Both the position numbers and the translations under genes were made by a program. This document shows, one piece after another, positions 37,584 through 47,317 of a stretch of DNA of 47,416 nt (positions are counted from its first letter, which is position 1; each line of letters begins with the position of its first letter). Origin of the DNA: Tidjanibacter sp. (GTDB lineage Bacteria; Bacteroidota; Bacteroidia; Bacteroidales; Rikenellaceae); the NCBI GenBank assembly GCA_017935385.1, contig JAGBHS010000032.1, forward strand, positions 1-47,416. Direction: 5' to 3'. The notes below the pieces were generated by a model. The model worked only from the letters and a program-made list of their open reading frames with translations. It did not search any database and was not told the origin of the DNA.

Positions 37584-38882
37584 TTGATTACGGCAAACAG
37601 CATATTGACATTCTATGAGTTTGAACCGCAGATGATTACAAATCTGTTACTCATATTGTTGTTGCTCTGCATGTCGGCATTGACTTCGGGGTCAGAAACA
37701 GCAATGTTTTCATTATCTCCCGCCCAACTGGACAAAATACGCAACGGGCGAGGCAAATCCGACAAGGCCATAATAGAACTGCTCTCCAACAAGGAGTATC
37801 TGTTGGCGACAATATTGGTGTTGAACAATCTGGTCAACATCTGTATTGTTATACTATGCAACAACCTGATAGACTCTCTTGTCAATTTCGGCGGCAGTGC
37901 AGGATGGGAATTCGGAATCAAAACCATTGCTGTGACATTCGTATTGCTGCTGTTCGGCGAGATAATCCCGAAAGTTTTTGCAAACTACAATGCCGAACAG
38001 ATGGCCAAACTGGTTGCAGTCCCTATGATGTGGATTAAAACCATATTGAAACCTTTCACCTGCATATTGGTAAAATACTCTTCGACCATACAAGACCACA
38101 AACCGCACAAAGACAACCTCTCGATAGAGAAATTGTCTGATGCATTGGAGTTTACGAGCGATCAGACAAAAGAGGAGAAGAAAATGTTGTCGGGCATCAT
38201 CTCTTTTGCCAATACGGAGGTGGAAGACATCATGCATCCGAGGGTGGACATTACGGCATTGAACATTGAGGCCGGTTATGATGAGGTGAAACAGACCATC
38301 ATCAAATCGGGATTCTCACGCCTGCCCGTATACAAAGAGAGCATTGACAACATAGAGGGTGTGCTGTATGTGAAAGATATGATTCCTCACATAGGCAAAG
38401 GCGATGATTTTGAGTGGAAAAAATATCTGCGCAAAGCCTATTTTATTCCCGAACACAAAAGGCTGAACGATCTGTTAGAAGAGTTCCAGAGCAGCAAGAT
38501 ACATATGGCCATTGTAGTGGATGAATATGGTTCCACCCTGGGATTGGTATCGTTGGAGGATATTCTGGAAGAGATTGTGGGCGAGATATCCGACGAAAGC
38601 GACAAACCTGACGAGGATTTCTATGAGAAATTAGGGGATGGTGTCTATCTCTTTGACGGAAAGACCAACATTTTCGATCTGGAAAGAGTGTTGGAGTTGG
38701 AAGATGGGACATTTGATGATGTGAAAGGAGAGGCAGAAACTATTGCCGGTCTGATGTTGGAGGCAAAAAAAGAGTTCTTGAAAAAGAATGACACGTTACG
38801 TTCACACGGCATAAAATTCACAGTGGAGGTTGTGACCGGCCACAAAGTGGAACGAGTGAGAGTAGAGCAGGAACTTAAATAG
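37584..38882 (+). CDS. CNNM/DUF21-CBS-CorC family membrane protein (GldE/TlyC-like)
   Basis: SGSETAMFSL, LLFGEIIPK, GFSRLPVY, MAIVVDEYG, LEDILEEIVGEI; start uncertain (TTG 37584). Confidence 0.88.
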   Translation: MITANSILTFYEFEPQMITNLLLILLLLCMSALTSGSETAMFSLSPAQLDKIRNGRGKSDKAIIELLSNKEYLLATILVLNNLVNICIVILCNNLIDSLVNFGGSAGWEFGIKTIAVTFVLLLFGEIIPKVFANYNAEQMAKLVAVPMMWIKTILKPFTCILVKYSSTIQDHKPHKDNLSIEKLSDALEFTSDQTKEEKKMLSGIISFANTEVEDIMHPRVDITALNIEAGYDEVKQTIIKSGFSRLPVYKESIDNIEGVLYVKDMIPHIGKGDDFEWKKYLRKAYFIPEHKRLNDLLEEFQSSKIHMAIVVDEYGSTLGLVSLEDILEEIVGEISDESDKPDEDFYEKLGDGVYLFDGKTNIFDLERVLELEDGTFDDVKGEAETIAGLMLEAKKEFLKKNDTLRSHGIKFTVEVVTGHKVERVRVEQELK

Positions 38883-38901
38883 CAACTAACCCTACGGCAA
38901 G

Positions 38902-39498
38902 ATGAAAATCAAACCGACAGAAAACATACTCATAGTCATTGTCCCGACAGCAACAGCAGAGAGCAATAAAGGCTTCCTCACAGAGGAGGAGTTGCAGGAA
39001 TTGGAGTGCATAAAATCGGCGCAAAGGTGTGACGAATGGAGTACATGGCGCCGAGTGGTGCGCGAACAGCTCGGCTCAGAGGCTGCAATATGGTACAATG
39101 AGATAGGGGCGCCACAGACAAAAAACGACAAGGGAGAGGAGATGAAAATAAGCGTCTCTCATAGTCGCAGCCATGTGGCAGTGTTGTTTTCAGAAAGGCG
39201 TTGCGGATTGGATATGGAGCATTGCGATCGCAATTTTGACCGCATCAGAGAGAAATACCTCGCCCCCGAAGAGATGCAACTGGCAACAGACGACAAGCAT
39301 AAGGCGATCATGTGGTGTGCCAAGGAGGCTATATATAAATATGCGGGGCGCAAAGAGATTGATCTGAAACGTGATATTGTCATCAAGACAGTCGATATGG
39401 AACAAAAAGAGCTGACGGCAGAGTTGTGTGGCAGGCCGTTACCCACACTCAGCGTCTTTGAATTTGAGGACCAAATTGTCTGCTGGCTCTCAGAATAG
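38902..39498 (+). CDS. 4'-phosphopantetheinyl transferase (Sfp-type)
   Basis: ISVSHS, GLDME, WCAKEAIYK. Confidence 0.85.
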   Translation: MKIKPTENILIVIVPTATAESNKGFLTEEELQELECIKSAQRCDEWSTWRRVVREQLGSEAAIWYNEIGAPQTKNDKGEEMKISVSHSRSHVAVLFSERRCGLDMEHCDRNFDRIREKYLAPEEMQLATDDKHKAIMWCAKEAIYKYAGRKEIDLKRDIVIKTVDMEQKELTAELCGRPLPTLSVFEFEDQIVCWLSE

Positions 39499-39529
39499 GA
39501 AAATATTAAAAAGAAAAACATAATAGGAA

Positions 39530-40300
39530 ATGACCGAGAAAAACTTGAAACCGATATTTATAGCAGGTCCCTGCGTAATAGAGAACATGGAACTGCTTGA
39601 AACAGTAGCCGCCGAGGTGGTTCGTCTGCGCAACAAATTCGATATAGAGATCTATTTCAAAGCCTCCTTCGATAAGGCCAACCGCACGTCACTGAACTCG
39701 TTCCGCGGTCCGGGTCTGGAAAAAGGTGTGCAGATGTTGGGCGACATTAAAAGCAAATACGGTGTCCCCGTACTGACCGACATTCACGAATCTCATCAAG
39801 CAGAGGTGGCAGGTCAGGTGGTGGATGTGATTCAGATTCCGGCATTCCTCAGCCGTCAGACCGATCTGTTGGTTGCTGCTGCAAAAACAGGTAAAATCAT
39901 AAACATCAAGAAAGCACAGTTCATGTCGGCAGCCGACATGAAATACCCGATGCAGAAGGCTCTGGAAAGCGGCGGCAAGGAGGTATGGCTCACCGAAAGA
40001 GGCAATATGTTTGGTTACAACAATCTGATTGTAGATTTTCGCAATATAGCCGAGATGAAACAGATGTGCGAAAGAGTAATTATGGACTGTACCCATTCGG
40101 TACAACGTCCCAGCAATGCAAACGGTGTGACGGGAGGAAATCGCGAGTATGTTCCGTCAATGGCTCTGGCAGCCAAGGCATTCGGAGCAAACGGCTATTT
40201 CTTTGAGGTGCATCCCGATCCCGATAACGTAAAGAGTGATGCAGCCAACTCGCTGTATCTGTCCGATTTGGAGCAGGTGATAAGCAACATATTGAAATAA
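39530..40300 (+). CDS. kdsA: KDO-8-phosphate synthase
   Basis: IAGPCVIE, KASFDKANRTS, QIPAFLSRQTDLL, DCTHSVQ. Confidence 0.96.
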   Translation: MTEKNLKPIFIAGPCVIENMELLETVAAEVVRLRNKFDIEIYFKASFDKANRTSLNSFRGPGLEKGVQMLGDIKSKYGVPVLTDIHESHQAEVAGQVVDVIQIPAFLSRQTDLLVAAAKTGKIINIKKAQFMSAADMKYPMQKALESGGKEVWLTERGNMFGYNNLIVDFRNIAEMKQMCERVIMDCTHSVQRPSNANGVTGGNREYVPSMALAAKAFGANGYFFEVHPDPDNVKSDAANSLYLSDLEQVISNILK

Positions 40301-40325
40301 ACCTACCGGAAAAAACCACCTCATT

Positions 40326-40988
40326 ATGGATGTAAAGATAGCGGAAGACTGGAAAGCCTTGTTGCAAAACGAGTTCGACAAGCCCTACTTTGAGCAATTG
40401 GTAGGTTTTGTCAAACAAGAATATGCCCAAACACGCATCTATCCGCGTGCGGCCAACATCTTCCGCGCATTCGACAAATGCCCACTCGATTCACTGAAAG
40501 TGGTAATAATAGGCCAGGATCCCTATCATGAAGAGGGGCAGGCAAACGGTCTGTGTTTTTCGGTGAATGAGGGTGTAAAATTCCCGCCCTCGCTACAAAA
40601 TATTTTTGCCGAGATTAAAAATGATCTCGGCACCCCAATCCCCACAAGTGGAAATCTTGACCGATGGGCCGAACAAGGCGTCTTGTTGCTCAACTCGGTA
40701 CTGACTGTACGTGCCCACGCTGCCGCATCTCATGCCGGCAAGGGATGGGAACAATTTACGGACAGTGTCGTGAGAATCATTGCGGAACACAAGGAGAATG
40801 TTGTCTACATGCTATGGGGTAATTACGCACAAAGAAAAGGAGCCATCGTCGACCCCTCTCGTAATTGCATCTTGAAAAGTGCCCATCCATCACCGCTGTC
40901 GGTATATAGAGGCTTTTTCGGTTGTCGCCACTTCTCACAAGCCAATGCCTATTTGGAACGTGTGGGCAAGACACCCATTGAGTGGTAA
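40326..40988 (+). CDS. ung: Uracil-DNA glycosylase family 1
   Basis: GQDPYH, PPSLQNI, GVLLLN, HPSPLS. Confidence 0.97.
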   Translation: MDVKIAEDWKALLQNEFDKPYFEQLVGFVKQEYAQTRIYPRAANIFRAFDKCPLDSLKVVIIGQDPYHEEGQANGLCFSVNEGVKFPPSLQNIFAEIKNDLGTPIPTSGNLDRWAEQGVLLLNSVLTVRAHAAASHAGKGWEQFTDSVVRIIAEHKENVVYMLWGNYAQRKGAIVDPSRNCILKSAHPSPLSVYRGFFGCRHFSQANAYLERVGKTPIEW

Positions 40989-40997
40989 ATATGCTTA

Positions 40998-42032
40998 TTA
41001 CCTATTATTAAACCGCTGATAATTATTCCACGCGGCAGACAACATCTCTGCACTACCGTCCGCAAAGAAATCAACAGATAACTCTTTACCAAACGGTTTC
41101 CAATTGCCACACACCCTGCCGTTCCGAACAACTACCGGATAAAATATACCACTATTATTATGGGCATAATGCTTGTGCTCGGGCGCCAAGACCACATCCC
41201 TACTCTTATATCCTATCAAATATTCATCATATGAAGGAAGCAATATCGTGTGCCCTTTGCGAAAACCTCGTGTCCGACAGGAATCATGGAATAAGAACTC
41301 GCGCCCATTCACCCACTCTCTATGCATCTCTCTCCCAAGACTGGAAATGCCCCTGCGACAATCACTAATATTCAACCCCGACCACCAAACAAAATCTTCA
41401 AGCGTAGCAGGAGAATGACTTTGAAAATACTTTCTCGCCAATAGCGCCAATGCCTCCTCTCCGTTAGGTCCGGATGTTGGTTTCACCTTGTCAAGAGCAA
41501 AACTATATGTTGCCTTCATCGGCAGCAAATCTCCACTACAAAGAAATCCTCGCAATTCTGCCAGCCTTATATGGTAAGAAAGACGATGGGCATCCATAAC
41601 CATACCTCTCTCTGCCAAAGCAAGCACAAGATCATCCTTGGTAACACTCCTTTTACCCGCCACAACCTGTCCGAATATGTCAAGAATCGAATCATGTTCT
41701 CTATCCGAGATCTCTATGCCGTTTGAGTGCATCCATCCTTTTATAATGGCTATACTTTTAGGTGCACACAGCCTTAGCATCCACCAATAATCCTCAGCAG
41801 CAATGAGTTGCCAAGTACCTCGCAACAAATGCAGACGAATTATCTCACCTTTATCGTATGCAGCCTTAAAAACTTTGGATGAGGGGTTTTTCGTGCGCAT
41901 AGCAACCGCCCAACGCATCAGACGATACTCCTGTGCCTGTACCGCACCCATATGCGAAACAACCTCCTCGGGTTTAGAAAATACGGGAGAAACTAATTGC
42001 TGGTTAAGCAATCGCATTGAAATAAGATTCAT
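40998..42032 (-). CDS. AlkZ/YcaQ-family (HTH_42) winged-helix DNA glycosylase
   Basis: GAVQAQ (QxQ motif), HLLRGTWQLI, PATLEDFVWWSGL, LLPSYDEYLIGY. Confidence 0.85.
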   Translation of the reverse strand: MNLISMRLLNQQLVSPVFSKPEEVVSHMGAVQAQEYRLMRWAVAMRTKNPSSKVFKAAYDKGEIIRLHLLRGTWQLIAAEDYWWMLRLCAPKSIAIIKGWMHSNGIEISDREHDSILDIFGQVVAGKRSVTKDDLVLALAERGMVMDAHRLSYHIRLAELRGFLCSGDLLPMKATYSFALDKVKPTSGPNGEEALALLARKYFQSHSPATLEDFVWWSGLNISDCRRGISSLGREMHREWVNGREFLFHDSCRTRGFRKGHTILLPSYDEYLIGYKSRDVVLAPEHKHYAHNNSGIFYPVVVRNGRVCGNWKPFGKELSVDFFADGSAEMLSAAWNNYQRFNNR

Positions 42033-42095
42033 AACGTTGGTGGGCTAATAATTATTCTCCCTGAAAGGTCTGGAATTTTATTTGAAAAGCAAAGA

Positions 42096-43028
42096 CTACA
42101 TAGACACTTTCTCGACAGGTATCTCAAACGTGGCATTTTCGCGTGCTAGATCGGTATTCGGAAACACCTCGCGTGCTTCGGCCAACAACACCTCGTTATC
42201 TTTATAGCGCGACGAGAAATGGCCTATCAACAATCTACCGGCACCACTCTTTACTGCCGTATTGGCAGCCTGCACCGTAGTAGCATGCCCCATCTTTTTG
42301 GCCAATAGTTTGTCGGCATCGGCAAAAGTGGCCTCATGATAGAGAAGGCTCACTCCCTCAACAAGTTTCGCAACCTTGCCCGACATCTGGGTATCACTGC
42401 AATAGGCATAACTGCGCGGCACATAAGGACGATATGTCAACTCATCGTTCTTCACCAAACGGCCATCTTCCAGCACCAAATCCTCGCCGCCTTTGATTTT
42501 CACTATCTGCTCCACACCCAGCCCATAACGAGCAATAGCCTCCTTCCGCACATTGCGAGCAGGCTCTTTTTCCTTGAACAGATAGCCGCAGCACGGCACC
42601 CTATGACGCAAAGGTATCGTCCATACCTGCATCACCTTATTCTCATATATCATCGCATGTTCGCGCGTATTGACGGGGATATAGTTCAGCGGGAAATCGA
42701 ATTTCATATCAAAATACTTGATATGCATATCGAGTATCTCGCCAAAAGGTTCGGGAGCATAGATATCAAGAGCCGTTGTGCGTCCGTTAAGACTCATTGA
42801 GGACAGCAACGGTATCAGTCCGAACACATGGTCGCCATGAAGATGTGACACAAAGATAGCATTGATTCTCAACGAACTGATTCCGTTCTGTATCAATCTA
42901 CGTTGTGTTCCCTCTCCGCAGTCTACCAAATAAAACTGCTCATGCACATTAAGTGCATGAGCAGAGTGATGTCTGTTTAATGTCGGTTTGGCCGAACCGT
43001 TTCCCAATATGGTCACCTTGAATGTCAT
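42096..43028 (-). CDS. rnz: Ribonuclease Z
   Basis: DCGEGTQ, SHLHGDH, YCSDT, HEATF, HFSSRY. Confidence 0.95.
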   Translation of the reverse strand: MTFKVTILGNGSAKPTLNRHHSAHALNVHEQFYLVDCGEGTQRRLIQNGISSLRINAIFVSHLHGDHVFGLIPLLSSMSLNGRTTALDIYAPEPFGEILDMHIKYFDMKFDFPLNYIPVNTREHAMIYENKVMQVWTIPLRHRVPCCGYLFKEKEPARNVRKEAIARYGLGVEQIVKIKGGEDLVLEDGRLVKNDELTYRPYVPRSYAYCSDTQMSGKVAKLVEGVSLLYHEATFADADKLLAKKMGHATTVQAANTAVKSGAGRLLIGHFSSRYKDNEVLLAEAREVFPNTDLARENATFEIPVEKVSM

Positions 43029-43114
43029 ACCCTATTCTCCTCTCCCATACCTCGGAAAATCATCTCCACACTACTGCAGAGCAGCCTCCCCGACTTAAAT
43101 TAGTATTTTCTTAA

Positions 43115-44983
43115 TTACTCCTCTTTTGCAGCGGCCTCTTCCATCATGGCTTTCAAATCTGCCAAACCGGTAACGTCGCCCAAAGTGGTTTTCTCAATAG
43201 AAGCGTTGATCTTCTTCACCGAAGATTTGGTTGCATCAGCAGCAGCTCTCTTCTCGGCTTTCTCGGCTCTCTCCTCGGCTCTCTTAACGTCCTCCCAAAT
43301 TCTAGTGTGAGAGAGATTGATGTGTTTGGTTACCTTTGAGAACTCAACAACCTTGAACTGCAAAGTCTCGCCTGCTTTTGCGCTGGTACCGTCCTCTTTA
43401 ACAATCTGTTTCAGGGGAGCAAAACCCTCGATATTCTCGCCAAGCTCAACAACTGCACCCTTCTCGCCTACCTCGATGATCTTACCCTCATGGATAGAAT
43501 CAACGGTGAACTGTGCCTCGAAGTCATTCCAGGGATTCTCCTCCAACTGTTTGTGACCCAGGCTCAAACGACGGTTCTCTTTGTCGATGCCCAAAACGAT
43601 AACGTCGATATCAGCACCAATCTGAGTCAACTCCGACGGATGTTTGATCTTCTTGGTCCAGCTCAAATCTGAGATGTGGATCAAACCGTCAATACCCTCA
43701 GCGATCTCTACAAAGATACCGAAGTTGGTGAAGTTACGAACCTTAGCGGTGTGTTTTGAACCGATAGGATATTTCTCATCGATACCCTCCCAAGGATCAG
43801 CAGTGAACTGTTTGATACCGAGAGACATCTTTCTCTCCTCACGGTCAAGAGTCAAGATGATAGCCTCAACCTCGTCACCAATCTTCATGAACTCCTGTGC
43901 GCTACGCAAGTGCTGGTTCCATGACATCTCAGATACGTGGATCAGACCCTCTACACCCGGAGCAATCTCGATGAATGCACCGTAGTCATACATCATAACC
44001 ACTTTACCTTTCACCTTGTCACCTACTTTCAACTCTGCATCCAGTGCGTCCCAAGGATGAGCAGTAAGCTGTTTCAGACCCAATGCGATACGTTTCTTGG
44101 TATCATCAAAGTCGAGGATAACAACGTTGAGCTTCTGATCGAGAGAAACGATCTCCTCGGGATGATTTACGCGGCCCCAGCTCAGGTCGGTGATGTGGAT
44201 CAAACCGTCTACGCCACCAAGGTCGATGAATACACCGTAAGTAGTGATGTTCTTAACGGTACCTTCGAGAATCTGACCTTTTTCGAGTTTAGACATGATC
44301 TCTTTCTTCTGCTGCTCGAGCTCTGCCTCGATAAGAGCCTTATGTGAAACGACAACATTGCGGAACTCCTGATTGATCTTAACAACCTTGAACTCCATGG
44401 TCTTGTCAACATAGATATCGTAATCGCGAATGGGTTTAACGTCAATCTGCGAACCGGGCAAGAAGGCCTCGATTCCGAATACGTCAACGATCATACCGCC
44501 CTTAGTACGGCATTTGATGTAACCCTTGATAATTTCGTCATCCTCCAAAGCTTTGTTAACTCTATCCCAGCTCTTGAGCTGACGTGCTTTCTTATGTGAA
44601 AGAAGCAACTGACCTTTTTTGTCCTCTGCGCTCTCGACATAAACCTCTACTTTCTCACCAACTGCGAGTTCGGGGTTGTAACGGAACTCGGTAACGGGGA
44701 TAATACCGTCTGATTTGTAACCGATGTTAACAACAACCTCACGTTTGTTGAGTGAAATAACGGTACCCTCTACAACCTCACCTACCTGTACATTAAGCAG
44801 TGATTCGTTGTATTTCTCAGATACACCCTCTTTTGAATCCTCACCGTAAAGGTCCAGATCGTTCTCATAAGCCTCCCAGTTGAACTCGTCGTTCGAAACC
44901 TTCTTGCTCTTTTTAGCCACAGGGGCCTCCTGTACAGCAGCTGCCTCAGCTACTTCTACATTCTCATTAATAATTTCTGCCAT
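43115..44983 (-). CDS. rpsA: 30S ribosomal protein S1
   Basis: Six S1 repeats (e.g. YGVFIDLGGVDGLIHITDLSW, YGAFIEIAPGVEGLIHVSEMSW), C-terminal KTTLGD. Confidence 0.97.
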   Translation of the reverse strand: MAEIINENVEVAEAAAVQEAPVAKKSKKVSNDEFNWEAYENDLDLYGEDSKEGVSEKYNESLLNVQVGEVVEGTVISLNKREVVVNIGYKSDGIIPVTEFRYNPELAVGEKVEVYVESAEDKKGQLLLSHKKARQLKSWDRVNKALEDDEIIKGYIKCRTKGGMIVDVFGIEAFLPGSQIDVKPIRDYDIYVDKTMEFKVVKINQEFRNVVVSHKALIEAELEQQKKEIMSKLEKGQILEGTVKNITTYGVFIDLGGVDGLIHITDLSWGRVNHPEEIVSLDQKLNVVILDFDDTKKRIALGLKQLTAHPWDALDAELKVGDKVKGKVVMMYDYGAFIEIAPGVEGLIHVSEMSWNQHLRSAQEFMKIGDEVEAIILTLDREERKMSLGIKQFTADPWEGIDEKYPIGSKHTAKVRNFTNFGIFVEIAEGIDGLIHISDLSWTKKIKHPSELTQIGADIDVIVLGIDKENRRLSLGHKQLEENPWNDFEAQFTVDSIHEGKIIEVGEKGAVVELGENIEGFAPLKQIVKEDGTSAKAGETLQFKVVEFSKVTKHINLSHTRIWEDVKRAEERAEKAEKRAAADATKSSVKKINASIEKTTLGDVTGLADLKAMMEEAAAKEE

Positions 44984-45192
44984 AATTTTAATAACTCCTT
45001 GTTTATTAGTTTATTAGACTTTATTTATAGTATTCTCCACAGAGAACGCGGCAAAGATACAACTTTTCGCATGAAAAACAACCTGTTTCTCATGTTTTTA
45101 TTTTATTATTTCCCTAAGGTTGTGAAACTTTTTGACGACAAAACTCATCCTTCGCGTAACAACTCTCTTTCACACGATGGAAACATTGTTCC

Positions 45193-45226
45193 AAAAAAAG
45201 CGGGCAACCTCCTTTGGGTTGCCCGC
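45193..45226 (-). terminator. Terminator after the FKBP genes
   Basis: GCGGGCAACC / GGTTGCCCGC stem followed by T7 on minus. Confidence 0.8.
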
Positions 45227-45253
45227 ATGCCTGCTTATTTTCCGACCGGCCGA

Positions 45254-46645
45254 TTACTCGTCATTCGAATCCTCTATATCCTGATCCGTCTCATCCTTGG
45301 GCAGAATGTAGATATCATAAATCAAAGGAGTATAGGGCAAAACCTCGGTAGAAACATATGCATCTTCCGAATCCGTACTGGTATCGCCATAGCCGCTATA
45401 ATACAGATCGAAGTAATTGCTATACAAGAAGTTGTAGTAGCTCGACATACTTGAACCATAACCCATGCCGCCATAGCCCATACCGCCATAACCCATGCCA
45501 CCGTAGCCCATACCGCCGTAGCCCATATCATATCCACCGCCATAACCATACATATCATACATATAGTCCATATAGCTGGTATATTGCAGATAGTCCGAAT
45601 ATGAGAACGAATTTGACACTGCGCTTGTACTATATTGTGCAGCCTGACCTGCGGCACCATATCCATAGGCCGAGGTGAATATCATGCGGAAATGGTCACC
45701 ATAGCACAGATTCTTGATATGCTTAAATGCGGCAATAACTGCCGTATCGGCTGCCATATCCCACTCAAAGGGGCCCACATTGGTTATTTCGCCACGTTCT
45801 TTGAGCTGTATTGAGTCAATATTGGAATCCAACAAGAAACCATCAAGGAATCTTCCGGTATAATACAGTTTCACCTTTGCATTCTCTCCCACCGTATCGC
45901 GCGCAATCGGGAACGGCGGCAACATTTGCAGATAGAATCCCTTTGCAACAGTATCAGCCTCCGACATATCCCAGCCCTCTGCCTTCGCCTCTTTTATGCC
46001 CCATTTAGCCATAAAGTCGGTAGGGAGAGGTCCTGTTCCGGTAGCAATCTGATCCACCAGATCCAACTCCTCCTCTATCGGATCTTTCGAGAAGGCCAAC
46101 AACTCCAAGCTATCTATAATAATAGGTACATTTCCATTCAATGAAAATTGACCGCTATATCCCACATTGCGTGAGTTGCTGTATCCACTCGCACCATACG
46201 CAAAATCCGACGGCATATAGATACGCACCATATCGCCCTGACGCATTCCGAGCAACACCTCATACATTCCGCGTGTCATGCCGACATTATTCTCGTACAT
46301 ATACAACAAGTTGGGAACATAATGGGTATATTCCGTAAACGTGCCTTGAATCTCTGCAATCTCTTTGGAACGGGTATAGAAGACATCGTTATGCAAGCTC
46401 TTGCCTGTATAGTTCACTCTCACCCAGTCTTCGGCTTGTACATAATCACCCGAGCCCTCTTTCAGGTACTCCACAAACATTCCCTTGTTTCCGAATTCTA
46501 TCGCATTAGGTGCATAAAGAGCAACCCATTCGGCCAACGAATGACGTTCTGTTACAGAATAATCGCCCTCAACCTCTTCTGCACATCCCGCCAACAGAGC
46601 CATCACAACAAAAAACGGCAACAATTTTCGTATCTCAATTTTCAT
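45254..46645 (-). CDS. Lipoprotein with two FKBP-type PPIase domains and a Tyr/Gly/Met-rich insert
   Basis: Lipobox LLAGC; VRVNYTGK...MPSDFAYG and VKLYYTGRFLDG...TSAYGYG...PYTPLIYDI. Confidence 0.8.
   Translation of the reverse strand: MKIEIRKLLPFFVVMALLAGCAEEVEGDYSVTERHSLAEWVALYAPNAIEFGNKGMFVEYLKEGSGDYVQAEDWVRVNYTGKSLHNDVFYTRSKEIAEIQGTFTEYTHYVPNLLYMYENNVGMTRGMYEVLLGMRQGDMVRIYMPSDFAYGASGYSNSRNVGYSGQFSLNGNVPIIIDSLELLAFSKDPIEEELDLVDQIATGTGPLPTDFMAKWGIKEAKAEGWDMSEADTVAKGFYLQMLPPFPIARDTVGENAKVKLYYTGRFLDGFLLDSNIDSIQLKERGEITNVGPFEWDMAADTAVIAAFKHIKNLCYGDHFRMIFTSAYGYGAAGQAAQYSTSAVSNSFSYSDYLQYTSYMDYMYDMYGYGGGYDMGYGGMGYGGMGYGGMGYGGMGYGSSMSSYYNFLYSNYFDLYYSGYGDTSTDSEDAYVSTEVLPYTPLIYDIYILPKDETDQDIEDSNDE
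45455..45526 (-). repeat. 15-bp coding tandem repeat encoding (MGYGG)x4-MGYG
   Basis: Units differ only at synonymous positions. Confidence 0.9.
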
Positions 46646-46651
46646 ATCTTT

Positions 46652-47188
46652 TTACTTAATGACTTCATCAACATTCAAAACATACATCATCGCGCTGTTC
46701 TCCGGAACAACACCCATAGATTCATCGCCAAATCCCAACTCCGAAGTCAGGAACACCAGCAACGAATCGCCCACTTTACTATTAAGCAACGGTATTTCCA
46801 ATCCTTTTATTATGGAGCCGTCACCCAATTTAATTCTTTTCGGTTCAAACGACCAATACTCCGTATTCAGTATCGTATCTCCCTCAATCAAATAGCGGTT
46901 ATTGGTATAGAACAAATATGTAGGAGCTCCATTAAAGACATAGCCTGCGAATCTGAACACCAACGAATCGCCCAACTGCGCAACGGGCAACTCATCAGCA
47001 TTGGCTACTCTATGGACCAGACTCTTATACACACCCTGCTCTACCGTATAGGGCAGTTCATACTTCTCCAGATAGAGTCCGATCAGTCTTTCCTGTTTCT
47101 CGACATTTTCGTCATCGCCCTGACACGACGGCAACATAGCCATCGCCAGCAACGCAACAATCATTATACCGAGAACTCTCCTTTTCAT
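46652..47188 (-). CDS. FKBP-type PPIase lipoprotein
   Basis: Start ATG 47188, lipobox LPSC; IIKGLE, SELGFG, VPENSAMMYVLNV; TATCTTTG -7 element at 47220-47227. Confidence 0.8.
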   Translation of the reverse strand: MKRRVLGIMIVALLAMAMLPSCQGDDENVEKQERLIGLYLEKYELPYTVEQGVYKSLVHRVANADELPVAQLGDSLVFRFAGYVFNGAPTYLFYTNNRYLIEGDTILNTEYWSFEPKRIKLGDGSIIKGLEIPLLNSKVGDSLLVFLTSELGFGDESMGVVPENSAMMYVLNVDEVIK

Positions 47189-47317
47189 ACTATTTGTTCT
47201 ATCTCTCTTTTTCGCTTTGCAAAGATATATATTTTTCTCTTTACCTTCTGTTTTTCTGTTCCTATCGACTCTCCGCACCTCAATCACGGTATCGTCCGGC
47301 GGGCGTCCATGAACATT

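Noticed and set aside
45455-45550. CRISPR-like array
   Set aside because: Contiguous 15-bp in-frame coding repeats with no spacers and no cas genes
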